From a virus (taxonomy: Duplodnaviria; Caudoviricetes): a stretch of 64,000 nt of DNA. The DNA is taken from IMG/VR virus record IMGVR_UViG_3300028888_000059, positions 1 to 64,000 of that record, one strand, 5' to 3'. The position numbers and the translations under genes are program-made. The notes beneath the pieces were generated by a model. That model was not told the origin of the DNA and searched no databases. It saw nothing but the letters and a program-made list of their open reading frames with translations. This document shows positions 21,653-30,214 of this stretch, in pieces; the first letter of the stretch is position 1, and each line of letters starts with the position of its first letter.

Positions 21653-22429
21653 ATGGAAAATCATAGATTTGACAGAATTTTTATAACAGGAGACCAACAC
21701 GGGAACACAGATAACATATCATATTTGAATTTTAAAGAAAAATTATCTGAAAATGATTTGGTTATATCTCTCGGTGACTTTGGCACTCCGTATTGGTCGG
21801 CGAAAAAGAAAACAAAACTCGATATGGAAACATTTGAAGCGTTTAATCAATTTCATACAAATTTCGCTATTATTCAAGGAAATCATTCTAAAAGATTTGA
21901 ACGTGTAAAATGGTTTAAACAAACTGAATTTTGTAATGGAAATTCTTTCTATTTTCAAAAATATCAAAACTTTCATTTTTTACAAAATGGTGAAGTTTAT
22001 ACTATAAATGATATGAATTTTCTTGTTATTGGTGGTGGATATAGCGTAGATAAATATATAAGAATTGCAAAAGGATGGACTTGGGAGCCAGAAGAAAAAC
22101 TAAATGACGAAGAAAAATCTAAAATCAGAAATTTAATATCTGCAAATGAAAATTATGATTTTGTTCTTACTCATGTTGCACCTTTAGAATTACAACCAAC
22201 TTGGTTGTTTTTAGATTTCGTAGACCAATCAACAGTAGAAACGGATGAAGAGGAATTTTTATCAGAAATACGACAAAAGATAAATTATAAAGCATGGTTT
22301 TTTGGACATTATCATGGCGATTATATTGTTGGAGATAAGGAATATTTATTATATAATGATTATATTCAAATAACAAAAGATAATATATTGGGACTTAATT
22401 CATTATATAAAAACCCATTAAAAAAATAA
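21653..22429 (+). CDS. Calcineurin-like metallophosphoesterase
   Basis: GDQHG, LGDFG, GNH, THVAP, GHYH motifs. Confidence 0.9.
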   Translation: MENHRFDRIFITGDQHGNTDNISYLNFKEKLSENDLVISLGDFGTPYWSAKKKTKLDMETFEAFNQFHTNFAIIQGNHSKRFERVKWFKQTEFCNGNSFYFQKYQNFHFLQNGEVYTINDMNFLVIGGGYSVDKYIRIAKGWTWEPEEKLNDEEKSKIRNLISANENYDFVLTHVAPLELQPTWLFLDFVDQSTVETDEEEFLSEIRQKINYKAWFFGHYHGDYIVGDKEYLLYNDYIQITKDNILGLNSLYKNPLKK

Positions 22430-22456
22430 AGGGATGTGAAAATTCACATCCCTTTA
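22427..22456. terminator. Bidirectional terminator between convergent genes
   Basis: aaagggatgtgaa-aa-ttcacatcccttt hairpin. Confidence 0.8.
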
Positions 22457-23005
22457 TTAATATTGCTTATAATCTATTTTTTCATACGGTTGTTCAAAAA
22501 ATTTATCCACATCAAATTCATAATCTCCAAATTCATGCGGATGTTTTTCTTTTAATACCTTTAATTTATTTTTTATTCCATCTTTTATTGGTTCTATATT
22601 CACACTTGGTGAATATATTGTCATTGCTTTTAAGAAATCGAGTATTTCATTTCCAGAAATAAAATAATCAAAAGTCTTATAACCAAAATCTTCTGCATCT
22701 GCTTTATCTATTGTTTCATTTTTATATGAAATAAACAATAAATCATCTCTCAAAAAATGATTTATCCATAACAATGGTTTATAATAAACGCCTTTTACAC
22801 CTTCAGCACATATAAAGCCCCATCGTTTATAAAACCTTCCAAACACATAATAATCAGGTAAATCTTCTGGTTTTATTTTTGTTTTATATTTAAAATTTGA
22901 AAACAGATATCCATTAGGGTCTTTATAACAATAAAACCCCTTGTTTGGTTCATACGCAAATTTTTCTATATGGTATATGTTACTATTTAATTTTTTTCTT
23001 GCCAT
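22457..23005 (-). CDS. Hypothetical protein
   Basis: 182-aa ORF in an operon. Confidence 0.7.
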   Translation of the reverse strand: MARKKLNSNIYHIEKFAYEPNKGFYCYKDPNGYLFSNFKYKTKIKPEDLPDYYVFGRFYKRWGFICAEGVKGVYYKPLLWINHFLRDDLLFISYKNETIDKADAEDFGYKTFDYFISGNEILDFLKAMTIYSPSVNIEPIKDGIKNKLKVLKEKHPHEFGDYEFDVDKFFEQPYEKIDYKQY

Positions 23006-23011
23006 TTTATA

Positions 23012-23437
23012 TTACTCAAATATTGTTCGTTCAACTAATTTATCACCATAATTATTACAAAATTTTTCTATCATATCTTGAAATGTTTTTAGATGACAAT
23101 TTAAAATATTTTTTATTTCATCTTTTTTAATTTCTGCAACAACTTTTAATGAACCAACATGAAATCTATCATTGAAAGATAAAACCGTTTCATTATTTGA
23201 ACAAAATATTGAATCACAATCAACAAAAATATTATCTACAACATCTTTTACATAACATAAAGCGAGTTTATCATCTTGATGAAGAAGTAAATAAACTTTA
23301 TCTTTCATTACCATATTTTTATTATATTCGTATTTTTGTGTAAAAAGTTCGTTTAATCTTTTTTTATCTTTATTTATTTGTTCTTTCTGCTCTGTTAAAC
23401 GAAGTATTATTTCATCAATTTCTTTATCGTAATCCAT
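23012..23437 (-). CDS. Hypothetical protein
   Basis: 141-aa ORF, tightly packed. Confidence 0.65.
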   Translation of the reverse strand: MDYDKEIDEIILRLTEQKEQINKDKKRLNELFTQKYEYNKNMVMKDKVYLLLHQDDKLALCYVKDVVDNIFVDCDSIFCSNNETVLSFNDRFHVGSLKVVAEIKKDEIKNILNCHLKTFQDMIEKFCNNYGDKLVERTIFE

Positions 23438-23438
23438 A

Positions 23439-23810
23439 TTACCACCACATTAAAGGTATGAGTTGTTTTAAAACATCATAAATTTTTTCTGGTATTTTCG
23501 TATCAGAAAAATTATCCCTATAAGAAATTAAACATTTTTCTGTTTCATCAATGATATAATCTATTCCTTTTTGCATATCCCATTCTTCATTGTCAATAAA
23601 GAAATGTTGAAAATGTGTATCTATACAATTATATTCATTATACATTTTAAATGTAACATAGATAAATTCAATAAAAGAAATATCCAAATTCCATGTTTCT
23701 TCACTCGAAATGCCATATTTTTTAATTTCTTCTTTATGAATTTTCCTTCTTTCTTTGTCTAAATAATTTTTTCTTTCGCAATTAATATCTCTTAAGTATT
23801 TACTTTTCAT
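23439..23810 (-). CDS. Conserved phage hypothetical protein
   Basis: YG....ETWNLD...LMWW pattern. Confidence 0.65.
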   Translation of the reverse strand: MKSKYLRDINCERKNYLDKERRKIHKEEIKKYGISSEETWNLDISFIEFIYVTFKMYNEYNCIDTHFQHFFIDNEEWDMQKGIDYIIDETEKCLISYRDNFSDTKIPEKIYDVLKQLIPLMWW

Positions 23811-24042
23811 TTTTAGTTATCCTGCAATTTTTTATTATTTGATACACATTCAAAGTAAATTCATCTTTTGTTCTATCATAAATTATTTCATAATGTTCCT
23901 GATTAAAAAATGAAGTTCTAAGAATTCCAAATACATATTGTTTAATTTCTTCATATTGCACTACAATAATATTATCTCGATTTAAAATTTTTTCTTCTGC
24001 TTCAAAAAATTTTATAAGAACATCTTTAAATTCTTCTATCAT
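23800..24042 (-). CDS. Hypothetical protein
   Basis: Overlaps both neighbours, consistent with translational coupling. Confidence 0.6.
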   Translation of the reverse strand: MIEEFKDVLIKFFEAEEKILNRDNIIVVQYEEIKQYVFGILRTSFFNQEHYEIIYDRTKDEFTLNVYQIIKNCRITKNEK

Positions 24043-24632
24043 TTTATCCTATTTTTTACTATATTGAAAATCTCTTCTGCAACTTCTTCGACTGTTTTCG
24101 TGCCATCAATAACAACCCAATTATTGTTTTTTGACAATTGTTTATAGCCATTATATATTTTTTCATATACATTAGCAGAAGCTTTCTCCATCTTATCACT
24201 TATTTCCTGTCTTTTTTTACAATCTTCAACAGGAACATCTAAAAAAATTGTCAAATCTGGATGAATATTTTCACATGCAAGATTATTCAACCTGTGAATA
24301 ACACCAATGTCAGTTACATTTTTACCATAACCTTGATAAGCTAAAGTGCTTGAAGTATATCTATCACATAAAACAATCTCATTATTTTCTACCGCTGGTT
24401 CTATTTTTTCTTTAACAAGAGAATTTCTTGCAGTCAAAAATAAAAACATTCGTTGAATATCTGTTAAATCGAAATTCAAAAGGATATCTCTAATTTTTTC
24501 AGACAATTCCGTGCTACCCGGTTCTCTAAATGTTTTTACATTTTTATATCCATTTTTTTCTAAATTATATTTCAATAATTCTAATTGGGTTGTTTTACCA
24601 CAACCGTCTAAACCTTCAAAAACAATAAACAT
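24039..24632 (-). CDS. tmk: Thymidylate kinase
   Basis: FIVFEGLDGCGKTTQ, REPG, LCDRY..ST.AYQG, PDLTIFLDV. Confidence 0.95.
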   Translation of the reverse strand: MFIVFEGLDGCGKTTQLELLKYNLEKNGYKNVKTFREPGSTELSEKIRDILLNFDLTDIQRMFLFLTARNSLVKEKIEPAVENNEIVLCDRYTSSTLAYQGYGKNVTDIGVIHRLNNLACENIHPDLTIFLDVPVEDCKKRQEISDKMEKASANVYEKIYNGYKQLSKNNNWVVIDGTKTVEEVAEEIFNIVKNRIK

Positions 24633-24682
24633 ATATAATCTCCTTATTTATATTATATCATATTTTTGATAATTTGTCAAAT

Positions 24683-24718
24683 AAAAAAAACCTCTTTACG
24701 TTTTATAAAGAGGTTTTT
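24683..24718 (-). terminator. Intrinsic terminator
   Basis: aaaaacctcttta/taaagaggttttt hairpin. Confidence 0.75.
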
Positions 24719-24723
24719 ATAAA

Positions 24724-24899
24724 TATCTTTATATTTTAGTCGCTCTTGGTATTAGCATTTTATTGTCTCAGATTGAGGTGTGTTATAAACGTCCATCTTA
24801 CTACGGAAAACTTTTTCATGGAATGGAGGGTTAAATTATTGTGTAACGCTATAATGGCGGGTGTAGGCGTTTGTCCTTTAGTACTTCAATATAAAGATT
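24724..24899. ncRNA. Candidate structured RNA of about 175 nt
   Basis: Intergenic, richer in G+C than its flanks, closed by atctttatatt/aatataaagat with internal tagc/gcta and tccat/atgga pairings. Confidence 0.35.
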
Positions 24900-24904
24900 T
24901 TAAA

Positions 24905-25006
24905 AAACAAGGCGCATAAAAAACAAAAAAATAGGAGGTTGAAAACAAATGAAAAACTGTTATTTAGTATAAATTTTCTTTTTTATATTTTGCTGTACGC
25001 GCCTTT
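24905..25006 (-). ncRNA. Y-RNA-like stem-loop, copy 1
   Basis: AAGGCGCGU-ACAGCAA...AUGCGCCUU-GUUUU immediately downstream of the TROVE-like gene. Confidence 0.6.
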
Positions 25007-25016
25007 TTATTATTTT

Positions 25017-26534
25017 TTATTCACAAAAAATATTACCAATTGGATCATATCTTTTGCTATTGATTGTATTTAATAAAATTTTATATGGATCAATTTCCCC
25101 ACTTAAAAACATCTTTACGATATTTGTAGAAAAACCACTACATAAAATTAGTCCATATTCATTTTCTTGTAAAGGAATTGTATCGCTATAATTCCCAGCA
25201 ACATTCCAAAAACAGATTTTAGGCAATTTATAGCCAGCACATTCAAACTGCATTTTAATATTGTCAAAAAGACTACCTGACATATTGAAAAGATGACCAT
25301 CAAATTGCATATCTGAAATAATCAAAATCATTTCTGGCATTTCTTCTTGTTTTACGTTGTTTTTTATTGCCGTATTCAAAACAAGCCACATCGTTGCATA
25401 AATGTTGGTGTTTGAACAATCATTATATCTATATATCTTATCAATTTTACCCCTAAGAGTTTCGCAATCTGACAAATCAACTATTTTAGGATTACTTGAA
25501 AATGTCACAAATTTATTTTTCCATTCATCTGAATTATTTTCAGACAAATAAATAGCTAAAGAAGTCGCAACTGAAAGAGGGGTTGTATTTCCAACTTTTG
25601 CCCAAAGCATTGAACCAGAACCATCCCTTACAACAAGAGTATTTTTGATATTCAATTTTGGCAATGCTTTCCACATTTGTTCATAAATTTCATTATATTC
25701 TTCAACTTTTTGGCTATAACCCATCATTGAACTATATTTATCTATAATTTCATAAGGATAAAGAACCGATGAATTTATTTTTGTCTCACCTTTTTTCAGG
25801 CTTTCAATATACGACTTTCTTCTTTCTTCATCATGTTTCAAAAATGAATTTGAATACAATAAATTTGCTTTTGATGGAACGCTTTTATATTCAATCTCAT
25901 TCCACTGATTTAAAGACATTTTTCTTTCCGTTACATCAATATATTTTCTCAATGTTGATAAAACAACACGATATTCTTTTGGTGTAAGATGCAAGCCACG
26001 ATAAATCTTTTTTGCCATTTGTTTAGTTTCTTCTGAACTTGCATTTTCGGATGGAAGCCATTTAGCAATAAGACTAACAGATTCACCCTTTTCTTGATTA
26101 GTCAAATCAAAAAGAAGTTGATTGTTAATTATTGACAATGCATGAGTAAATAGTTCTTCATCATCAACAATTGTCTTCCACAGAGAATCCCATCTGTTAT
26201 ATTCAGGAATAAAATGCAAAATCTTTTCAATTCTTTCTTCATCAAGATATTTTAGAAATTCTTTCAAACAAATCTTAAAAAGATTCCTTTCTCCCAAACC
26301 TTCCCTGATGTCACCAATGTAGAAAATATATCTTGCAATTGTTTCCATGCTCTCGCAACTTTTCATAAGGTCACAAAAATCATTTTTTGCTTCTTCTGGA
26401 TGATTTCTATAATAAGAAATTTTAAAATTAAAATCTGTCAACTTTTTACCAGAAGTTTTATATGCAATTGCACCATTTTCTGTTATAGAATATTGAGAAG
26501 AATATTCATTCATATTATCAATAAAAGACTTCAT
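25017..26534 (-). CDS. DUF2828-type TROVE(Ro60)-like protein with C-terminal VWA domain
   Basis: TENGA...SG, DIREGLGER, AKWLPSE, W..I.Y..VPSKA, VWA MIDAS RDGSGSM and ISDMQFD, FWNV; likely start MKSF after AAGGAAGG. Confidence 0.8.
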   Translation of the reverse strand: MKSFIDNMNEYSSQYSITENGAIAYKTSGKKLTDFNFKISYYRNHPEEAKNDFCDLMKSCESMETIARYIFYIGDIREGLGERNLFKICLKEFLKYLDEERIEKILHFIPEYNRWDSLWKTIVDDEELFTHALSIINNQLLFDLTNQEKGESVSLIAKWLPSENASSEETKQMAKKIYRGLHLTPKEYRVVLSTLRKYIDVTERKMSLNQWNEIEYKSVPSKANLLYSNSFLKHDEERRKSYIESLKKGETKINSSVLYPYEIIDKYSSMMGYSQKVEEYNEIYEQMWKALPKLNIKNTLVVRDGSGSMLWAKVGNTTPLSVATSLAIYLSENNSDEWKNKFVTFSSNPKIVDLSDCETLRGKIDKIYRYNDCSNTNIYATMWLVLNTAIKNNVKQEEMPEMILIISDMQFDGHLFNMSGSLFDNIKMQFECAGYKLPKICFWNVAGNYSDTIPLQENEYGLILCSGFSTNIVKMFLSGEIDPYKILLNTINSKRYDPIGNIFCE

Positions 26535-26552
26535 AAAACCTTCCTTATAAAA

Positions 26553-26624
26553 AAACAAAGCGCAATTCAGATAATAAAGTTTAACAGACTTTTCCTTAAT
26601 ATAATTAATTGCTGTTTGCGCTTT
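26553..26624 (-). ncRNA. Y-RNA-like stem-loop, copy 2, with anticodon-like hairpin
   Basis: AAAGCGCAA-ACAGCAA...AAAGU-CUGUUAA-ACUUU...UUGCGCUUU-GUUUU. Confidence 0.65.
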
Positions 26625-26633
26625 TTATTTTGA

Positions 26634-26702
26634 AAACAAGGCACTTAGTAACTTTTTTCATCCTGTCGAAAATCATTCTAATTATTTGCTGTTTGTGCCT
26701 TT
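26634..26702 (-). ncRNA. Y-RNA-like stem-loop, copy 3
   Basis: AAGGCAC-AAACAGCAA...GUGCCUU-GUUUU, starting at the predicted +1 of the adjacent promoter. Confidence 0.65.
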
Positions 26703-26711
26703 ATTGTTTAT

Positions 26712-26740
26712 ATTTTATCACCCTTTTTTATTTTTGTCAA
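26712..26740 (-). promoter_or_regulatory. Sigma-A promoter for the RNA-RNA-TROVE-RNA unit
   Basis: TTGACA-17bp-TAAAAT with TG extension. Confidence 0.8.
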
Positions 26741-26771
26741 GGGTATTTTTTATTTTTCATAAAATATATTG

Positions 26772-26853
26772 TAGGGAATAAGAGACTCGAACTCTTACGC
26801 CTCACGGCATCTGATTTTAAGTCAGACCTGTCTGCCTGTTCCAGCAATTCCCC
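26772..26853 (-). tRNA. tRNA-Leu(UAA)
   Basis: Cloverleaf with long variable arm; TCTGA-CTTAAAA-TCAGA; GTTCGAGTC T-loop. Confidence 0.9.
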
Positions 26854-26946
26854 ATATGTTGCCCTAACCCTCCCCAATAAACAGCAACTCATATATCCCA
26901 CAATCTTAGAGCTTTTTCAACTACATATTAGATATACTTCCAATTG

Positions 26947-27019
26947 CACCCGTAACAGAACTCGAATCTGTACTCAAAGGATTAGAAGTCCTACGTTTTA
27001 TCCATTAAACTATACGGGT
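26947..27019 (-). tRNA. tRNA-Arg(UCU)
   Basis: ACCCGTA/TACGGGT acceptor; AGGA-CTTCTAA-TCCT. Confidence 0.88.
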
Positions 27020-27025
27020 ATATAG

Positions 27026-27097
27026 CTGCCCTATTACGATTTGAACGTAAAAATACAGATTCAAAGTCTGTTGTGTTGCCAATTACACTATAGGGCA
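27026..27097 (-). tRNA. tRNA-Gln(UUG)
   Basis: TGCCCTA/TAGGGCA acceptor; ACAGA-CTTTGAA-TCTGT. Confidence 0.88.
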
Positions 27098-27141
27098 TCA
27101 TCGGAACAATTGAGTTCCGAATTTATAAAAATCAAATAAAA

Positions 27142-27456
27142 TTACCAAGTAAATGCGTATTTCAGCAAATCAAAGAAATCCATATCAGAAAAAATTGGTT
27201 CATTACTTTTGAAAGTACAGTGAAATCCACCGTAATCCTGAACAAAATCATTAATCATTCGTTGATATTCTTTTCTATCATCCATGATTTTTTTATATTG
27301 TTCTTCAATTTCACGAGCACGTTCTTTTCGTGTTTCAGCCAATTGTTTTTCTTTTTCGGCCTTTTCTTTTTCTTCGATTTCAAGTTTATTTTCAGCTTCA
27401 ACACATTCCTGTTCGGATTCAAAAACTTTATTTAATTTTTCGGAAAAATATTTCAT
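27142..27456 (-). CDS. Conserved phage coiled-coil hypothetical protein
   Basis: MKYFSEKLNK.F.SE..C..AE...F..DYG.FH pattern. Confidence 0.7.
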   Translation of the reverse strand: MKYFSEKLNKVFESEQECVEAENKLEIEEKEKAEKEKQLAETRKERAREIEEQYKKIMDDRKEYQRMINDFVQDYGGFHCTFKSNEPIFSDMDFFDLLKYAFTW

Positions 27457-27517
27457 AATTTAATTCCTTTCTCAAAATACAAAATATTGTTTTCCTAACG
27501 TCCTATCGTTAGGAAAA

Positions 27518-27591
27518 TTGCGGTGACAAGATTTGAACTTGCGATCCCTACTGCCCAAGAGTAGTGCTTTACCAAACTAAGCTACACCACA
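27518..27591 (-). tRNA. tRNA-Pro(UGG)
   Basis: CTACT-CTTGGGC-AGTAG; D-loop AGTTTGGTA; T-loop TTCAAAT. Confidence 0.85.
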
Positions 27592-27597
27592 ATATTC

Positions 27598-27744
27598 ACA
27601 ATCAAAAATAAAAAGACTTGAACTTTTACATAGATGAAATTGGTTTATTTTTTACAAACCACTGCCAACCAAGGTATATAAGGATTTGAACCTCACAGTA
27701 AATTTTTCACCCGCTCTACCAATTGAGCTATATTTTTTGATTGT
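27598..27744 (-). ncRNA. Anticodon-less tRNA-like RNA with two T-loops (possibly Yrl-like)
   Basis: 13-bp terminal stem, D-arm GCTC-AATTGGTA-GAGC, T-arm AAAAG-TTCAAGT-CTTTT; anticodon loop replaced by about 65 nt containing TGAGG-TTCAAAT-CCTTA. Confidence 0.65.
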
Positions 27745-27749
27745 AATAG

Positions 27750-27821
27750 CTGAGATGGAAGGATTCGAACCTTCAACCTAACGGTTAACAGCCGTTCGCT
27801 CTACCTTTGAGCTACACCCCA
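27750..27821 (-). tRNA. tRNA-Asn(GUU)
   Basis: AACGG-CTGTTAA-CCGTT; canonical D and T arms. Confidence 0.92.
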
Positions 27822-27906
27822 AAAAAATCCCGCTATCTCACGACATGAGGAATAATGCACTTTTAATGGTCCAGTTGGGATTCCCTACTGGCCCCAACTG
27901 ATTAAG

Positions 27907-27980
27907 TCCTCGCGCCTGAATTCGAATCAGGAATCTCTTGCCTTATAAGAGCAGTATGCACACCATTACACCGCACGAGG
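27907..27980 (-). tRNA. tRNA-Ile(UAU)
   Basis: CCTCGTG/CGCGAGG acceptor, A73; TGCT-CTTATAA-GGCA; CCTGA-TTCGAAT-TCAGG. Confidence 0.75.
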
Positions 27981-28132
27981 GTTTATAACAATTTTTATAA
28001 AACACGTTTTGTTTTAGATTACATAATTTAAATTTGAAAGAAAAACGTGTAAAACTTTCATAATTTTTGGCATTTTGCCCGAATTCCACAAAATAAAGTA
28101 GTTGAAATTATAGGAGGTGTTTTTATGACTAA

Positions 28133-28573
28133 CTACTTTCTATTGTTATTTTTATAATGCAGTATTCTATTCATACATCGCACTGAATTTATAACAAACA
28201 CGTCCCACTCTTCTTTTGACACACCACCATCATCATATTTTTCTTGTAAATTATAAAAACATTGCAATAAATATCTATAATTGTGCCAAGATTCAAACAT
28301 TTCATTATGCGTAACATGACATTTATCAATTTTTATATATTGAGTAAATTTACTAAAGTCACATTTATAACCACGAGATTCCATTTCATCACTTACTTCA
28401 CTAGCATAGCGATAAAAATGTTCAATTGGATAATCCATAATTTTATTTACTAAAATATGATTCGGAGTACCTTCTTTTGCAATGTTTTTTGCAATCAAAC
28501 AACACTCACGCCACTGTCCAACCAATTGCAAACGAGGTAAAGTACTAATTAAATCTTTATGCCATAAACGCAC
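28133..28573 (-). CDS. Pyrimidine-dimer DNA glycosylase/endonuclease V-like protein
   Basis: MRLWH..LI..LPR.QL.GQWREC, EM..RGY, H...YL.QC..NL.EK motifs; GTG start after AAAGGAG. Confidence 0.75.
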   Translation of the reverse strand: MRLWHKDLISTLPRLQLVGQWRECCLIAKNIAKEGTPNHILVNKIMDYPIEHFYRYASEVSDEMESRGYKCDFSKFTQYIKIDKCHVTHNEMFESWHNYRYLLQCFYNLQEKYDDGGVSKEEWDVFVINSVRCMNRILHYKNNNRK

Positions 28574-28641
28574 AATGAACTCCTTTCTCTTGTTGCTTAT
28601 AATATACCATAAAATATCATTTTTGTCAAGAACTTTTTTTA

Positions 28642-29541
28642 TTATTGTTGTTGAATAATATGAAACATATCATCAATATTATCAAGCATATCAAATCTTT
28701 TAACAGATGTTGATGATTTTGCAAATTGTTTATTAACTCCGTCAATGTAAAATGTGTGGGTTCCATCATCCCCTCCATAAAACAAATCCCATTGTTTTTG
28801 TGTGAGTTTATTTTTTAATTTCAACTGTTCTACGGCAAGATTGTCAAAACTTACAACCTTAAATTTTGTCATAAACTCTTCAATGTTTTGTTCTACCCAA
28901 TCAATTTCATCATGAATCCAACTGTTTTTTTCAATAAAACCTTCTCCTCGTCCAAATGTCTTATATCCTAAAATAAGAATTTTTAAATCCTTATCAGCCA
29001 AATGATTAAACGATGCTTTACACGCAGTCAAACCATTAATAAGATGAATAACAGAATTCGGCAACGATTTAATTCTACGAAGAACACTATTAGTTATACC
29101 ACCAGCAAGAGAAATCCCAATTCCTTTGACTAATTGATTTTTTACAATGTAATCAATTTTTTCATCAAAAATATTATTTTGATGAACAGTAATGTTGGCA
29201 TAAATATTTTTAGATTTCAATAATTCTAATAATTCATACAAATTTGGAAAAGTTAACACATCTCCACCTCCAATAGCCATTTCTGTATAAGGATGAAGAG
29301 TATCAATAAATTTCCAGTTTTTTATATCCCCTTCTTCGCCATTAGATGAAGACCTTTCATGACAATAAGGACAATTATTGAAACATTTATTAGTAATTTT
29401 AAAATCTACGGAATCAGCGAAATCAGAAACAAAACGTGTTGCATTTTTATCAATAGTTTCTCTTATTTTCGTACCGTTTTCATCATTGATATATACATAA
29501 TGATTACCATTTTTATATTTATGCCACATATTTCTCCCCAA
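28642..29541 (-). CDS. Radical SAM protein
   Basis: CxxxCxxC (CFNNCPYC), AIGGG, N.T and GIGIS strands. Confidence 0.9.
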   Translation of the reverse strand: MGRNMWHKYKNGNHYVYINDENGTKIRETIDKNATRFVSDFADSVDFKITNKCFNNCPYCHERSSSNGEEGDIKNWKFIDTLHPYTEMAIGGGDVLTFPNLYELLELLKSKNIYANITVHQNNIFDEKIDYIVKNQLVKGIGISLAGGITNSVLRRIKSLPNSVIHLINGLTACKASFNHLADKDLKILILGYKTFGRGEGFIEKNSWIHDEIDWVEQNIEEFMTKFKVVSFDNLAVEQLKLKNKLTQKQWDLFYGGDDGTHTFYIDGVNKQFAKSSTSVKRFDMLDNIDDMFHIIQQQ

Positions 29542-29548
29542 AATCTAA

Positions 29549-29917
29549 TTAATCATGACCATAATATCCAAAAGCAACAACATCAACACCATTTATATTT
29601 TGATGAGATTGAAATTTTTCCATATAATCAAGGTAATTATCGTCACCTTGCCAGTCAAAAAACTGGTTATAAGTCAAAGTTCTACCTTCATCATAAAAAT
29701 CATCATCATTTCCATATTGTTCTATTAGTCTTTTTCTTTCTCTTTCTTGTTCTTTTTTTACTTCTTCTGCTTCTTTAGGTGTAAGAAACTTTTCTTCACA
29801 TCTATCAAAAAAAATTTCTCCATTTTTCCATTTTTGAAATTCATCTTCACTACAAAGAGTAATACTATGAACTGAACTACTATTAGTTTCAAAAATATTT
29901 TGTCTAATTTGTATCAT
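29549..29917 (-). CDS. FETNSSS-motif protein 3
   Basis: MIQIRQNIFETNSSSVHS...FGYYGHD. Confidence 0.8.
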   Translation of the reverse strand: MIQIRQNIFETNSSSVHSITLCSEDEFQKWKNGEIFFDRCEEKFLTPKEAEEVKKEQERERKRLIEQYGNDDDFYDEGRTLTYNQFFDWQGDDNYLDYMEKFQSHQNINGVDVVAFGYYGHD

Positions 29918-29923
29918 AAATCC

Positions 29924-30214
29924 TCAATCATATCCATAACGACCAAAAACAACAATTTTTATACCATTTATTTCTCTATGTTCTTCATAATGTTCAAGAT
30001 AATGATCAAATCCTTTATCTTCAAAAAATTCATCTGAACTTAAAAAACGATTACCATTATCATGTTTATTAAATGAAACAAGTATATCATTCCAATCATC
30101 AAGACATAGTTCATCATTATTGAATTTTTTAAATTCATCTTCAGTACAAATTACTAATGTATGAACTGAACTACTGTTAGTCTCAAAAATATTATTTCGT
30201 ACCTGTATCATCAA
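29924..30214 (-). CDS. FETNSSS-motif protein 2
   Basis: MIQVRNNIFETNSSSVHT...FGRYGYD. Confidence 0.8.
   Translation of the reverse strand: MMIQVRNNIFETNSSSVHTLVICTEDEFKKFNNDELCLDDWNDILVSFNKHDNGNRFLSSDEFFEDKGFDHYLEHYEEHREINGIKIVVFGRYGYD

Noticed and set aside
26609-27025. 138-aa plus-strand ORF over the tRNA cluster
   Set aside because: Antisense to tRNA-Leu, tRNA-Arg and the Y-like RNAs; spurious.
28316-28329. Extra copy of the early palindrome inside the glycosylase-like gene
   Set aside because: Intragenic and not followed by a properly spaced -35/-10; probably chance in AT-rich DNA.
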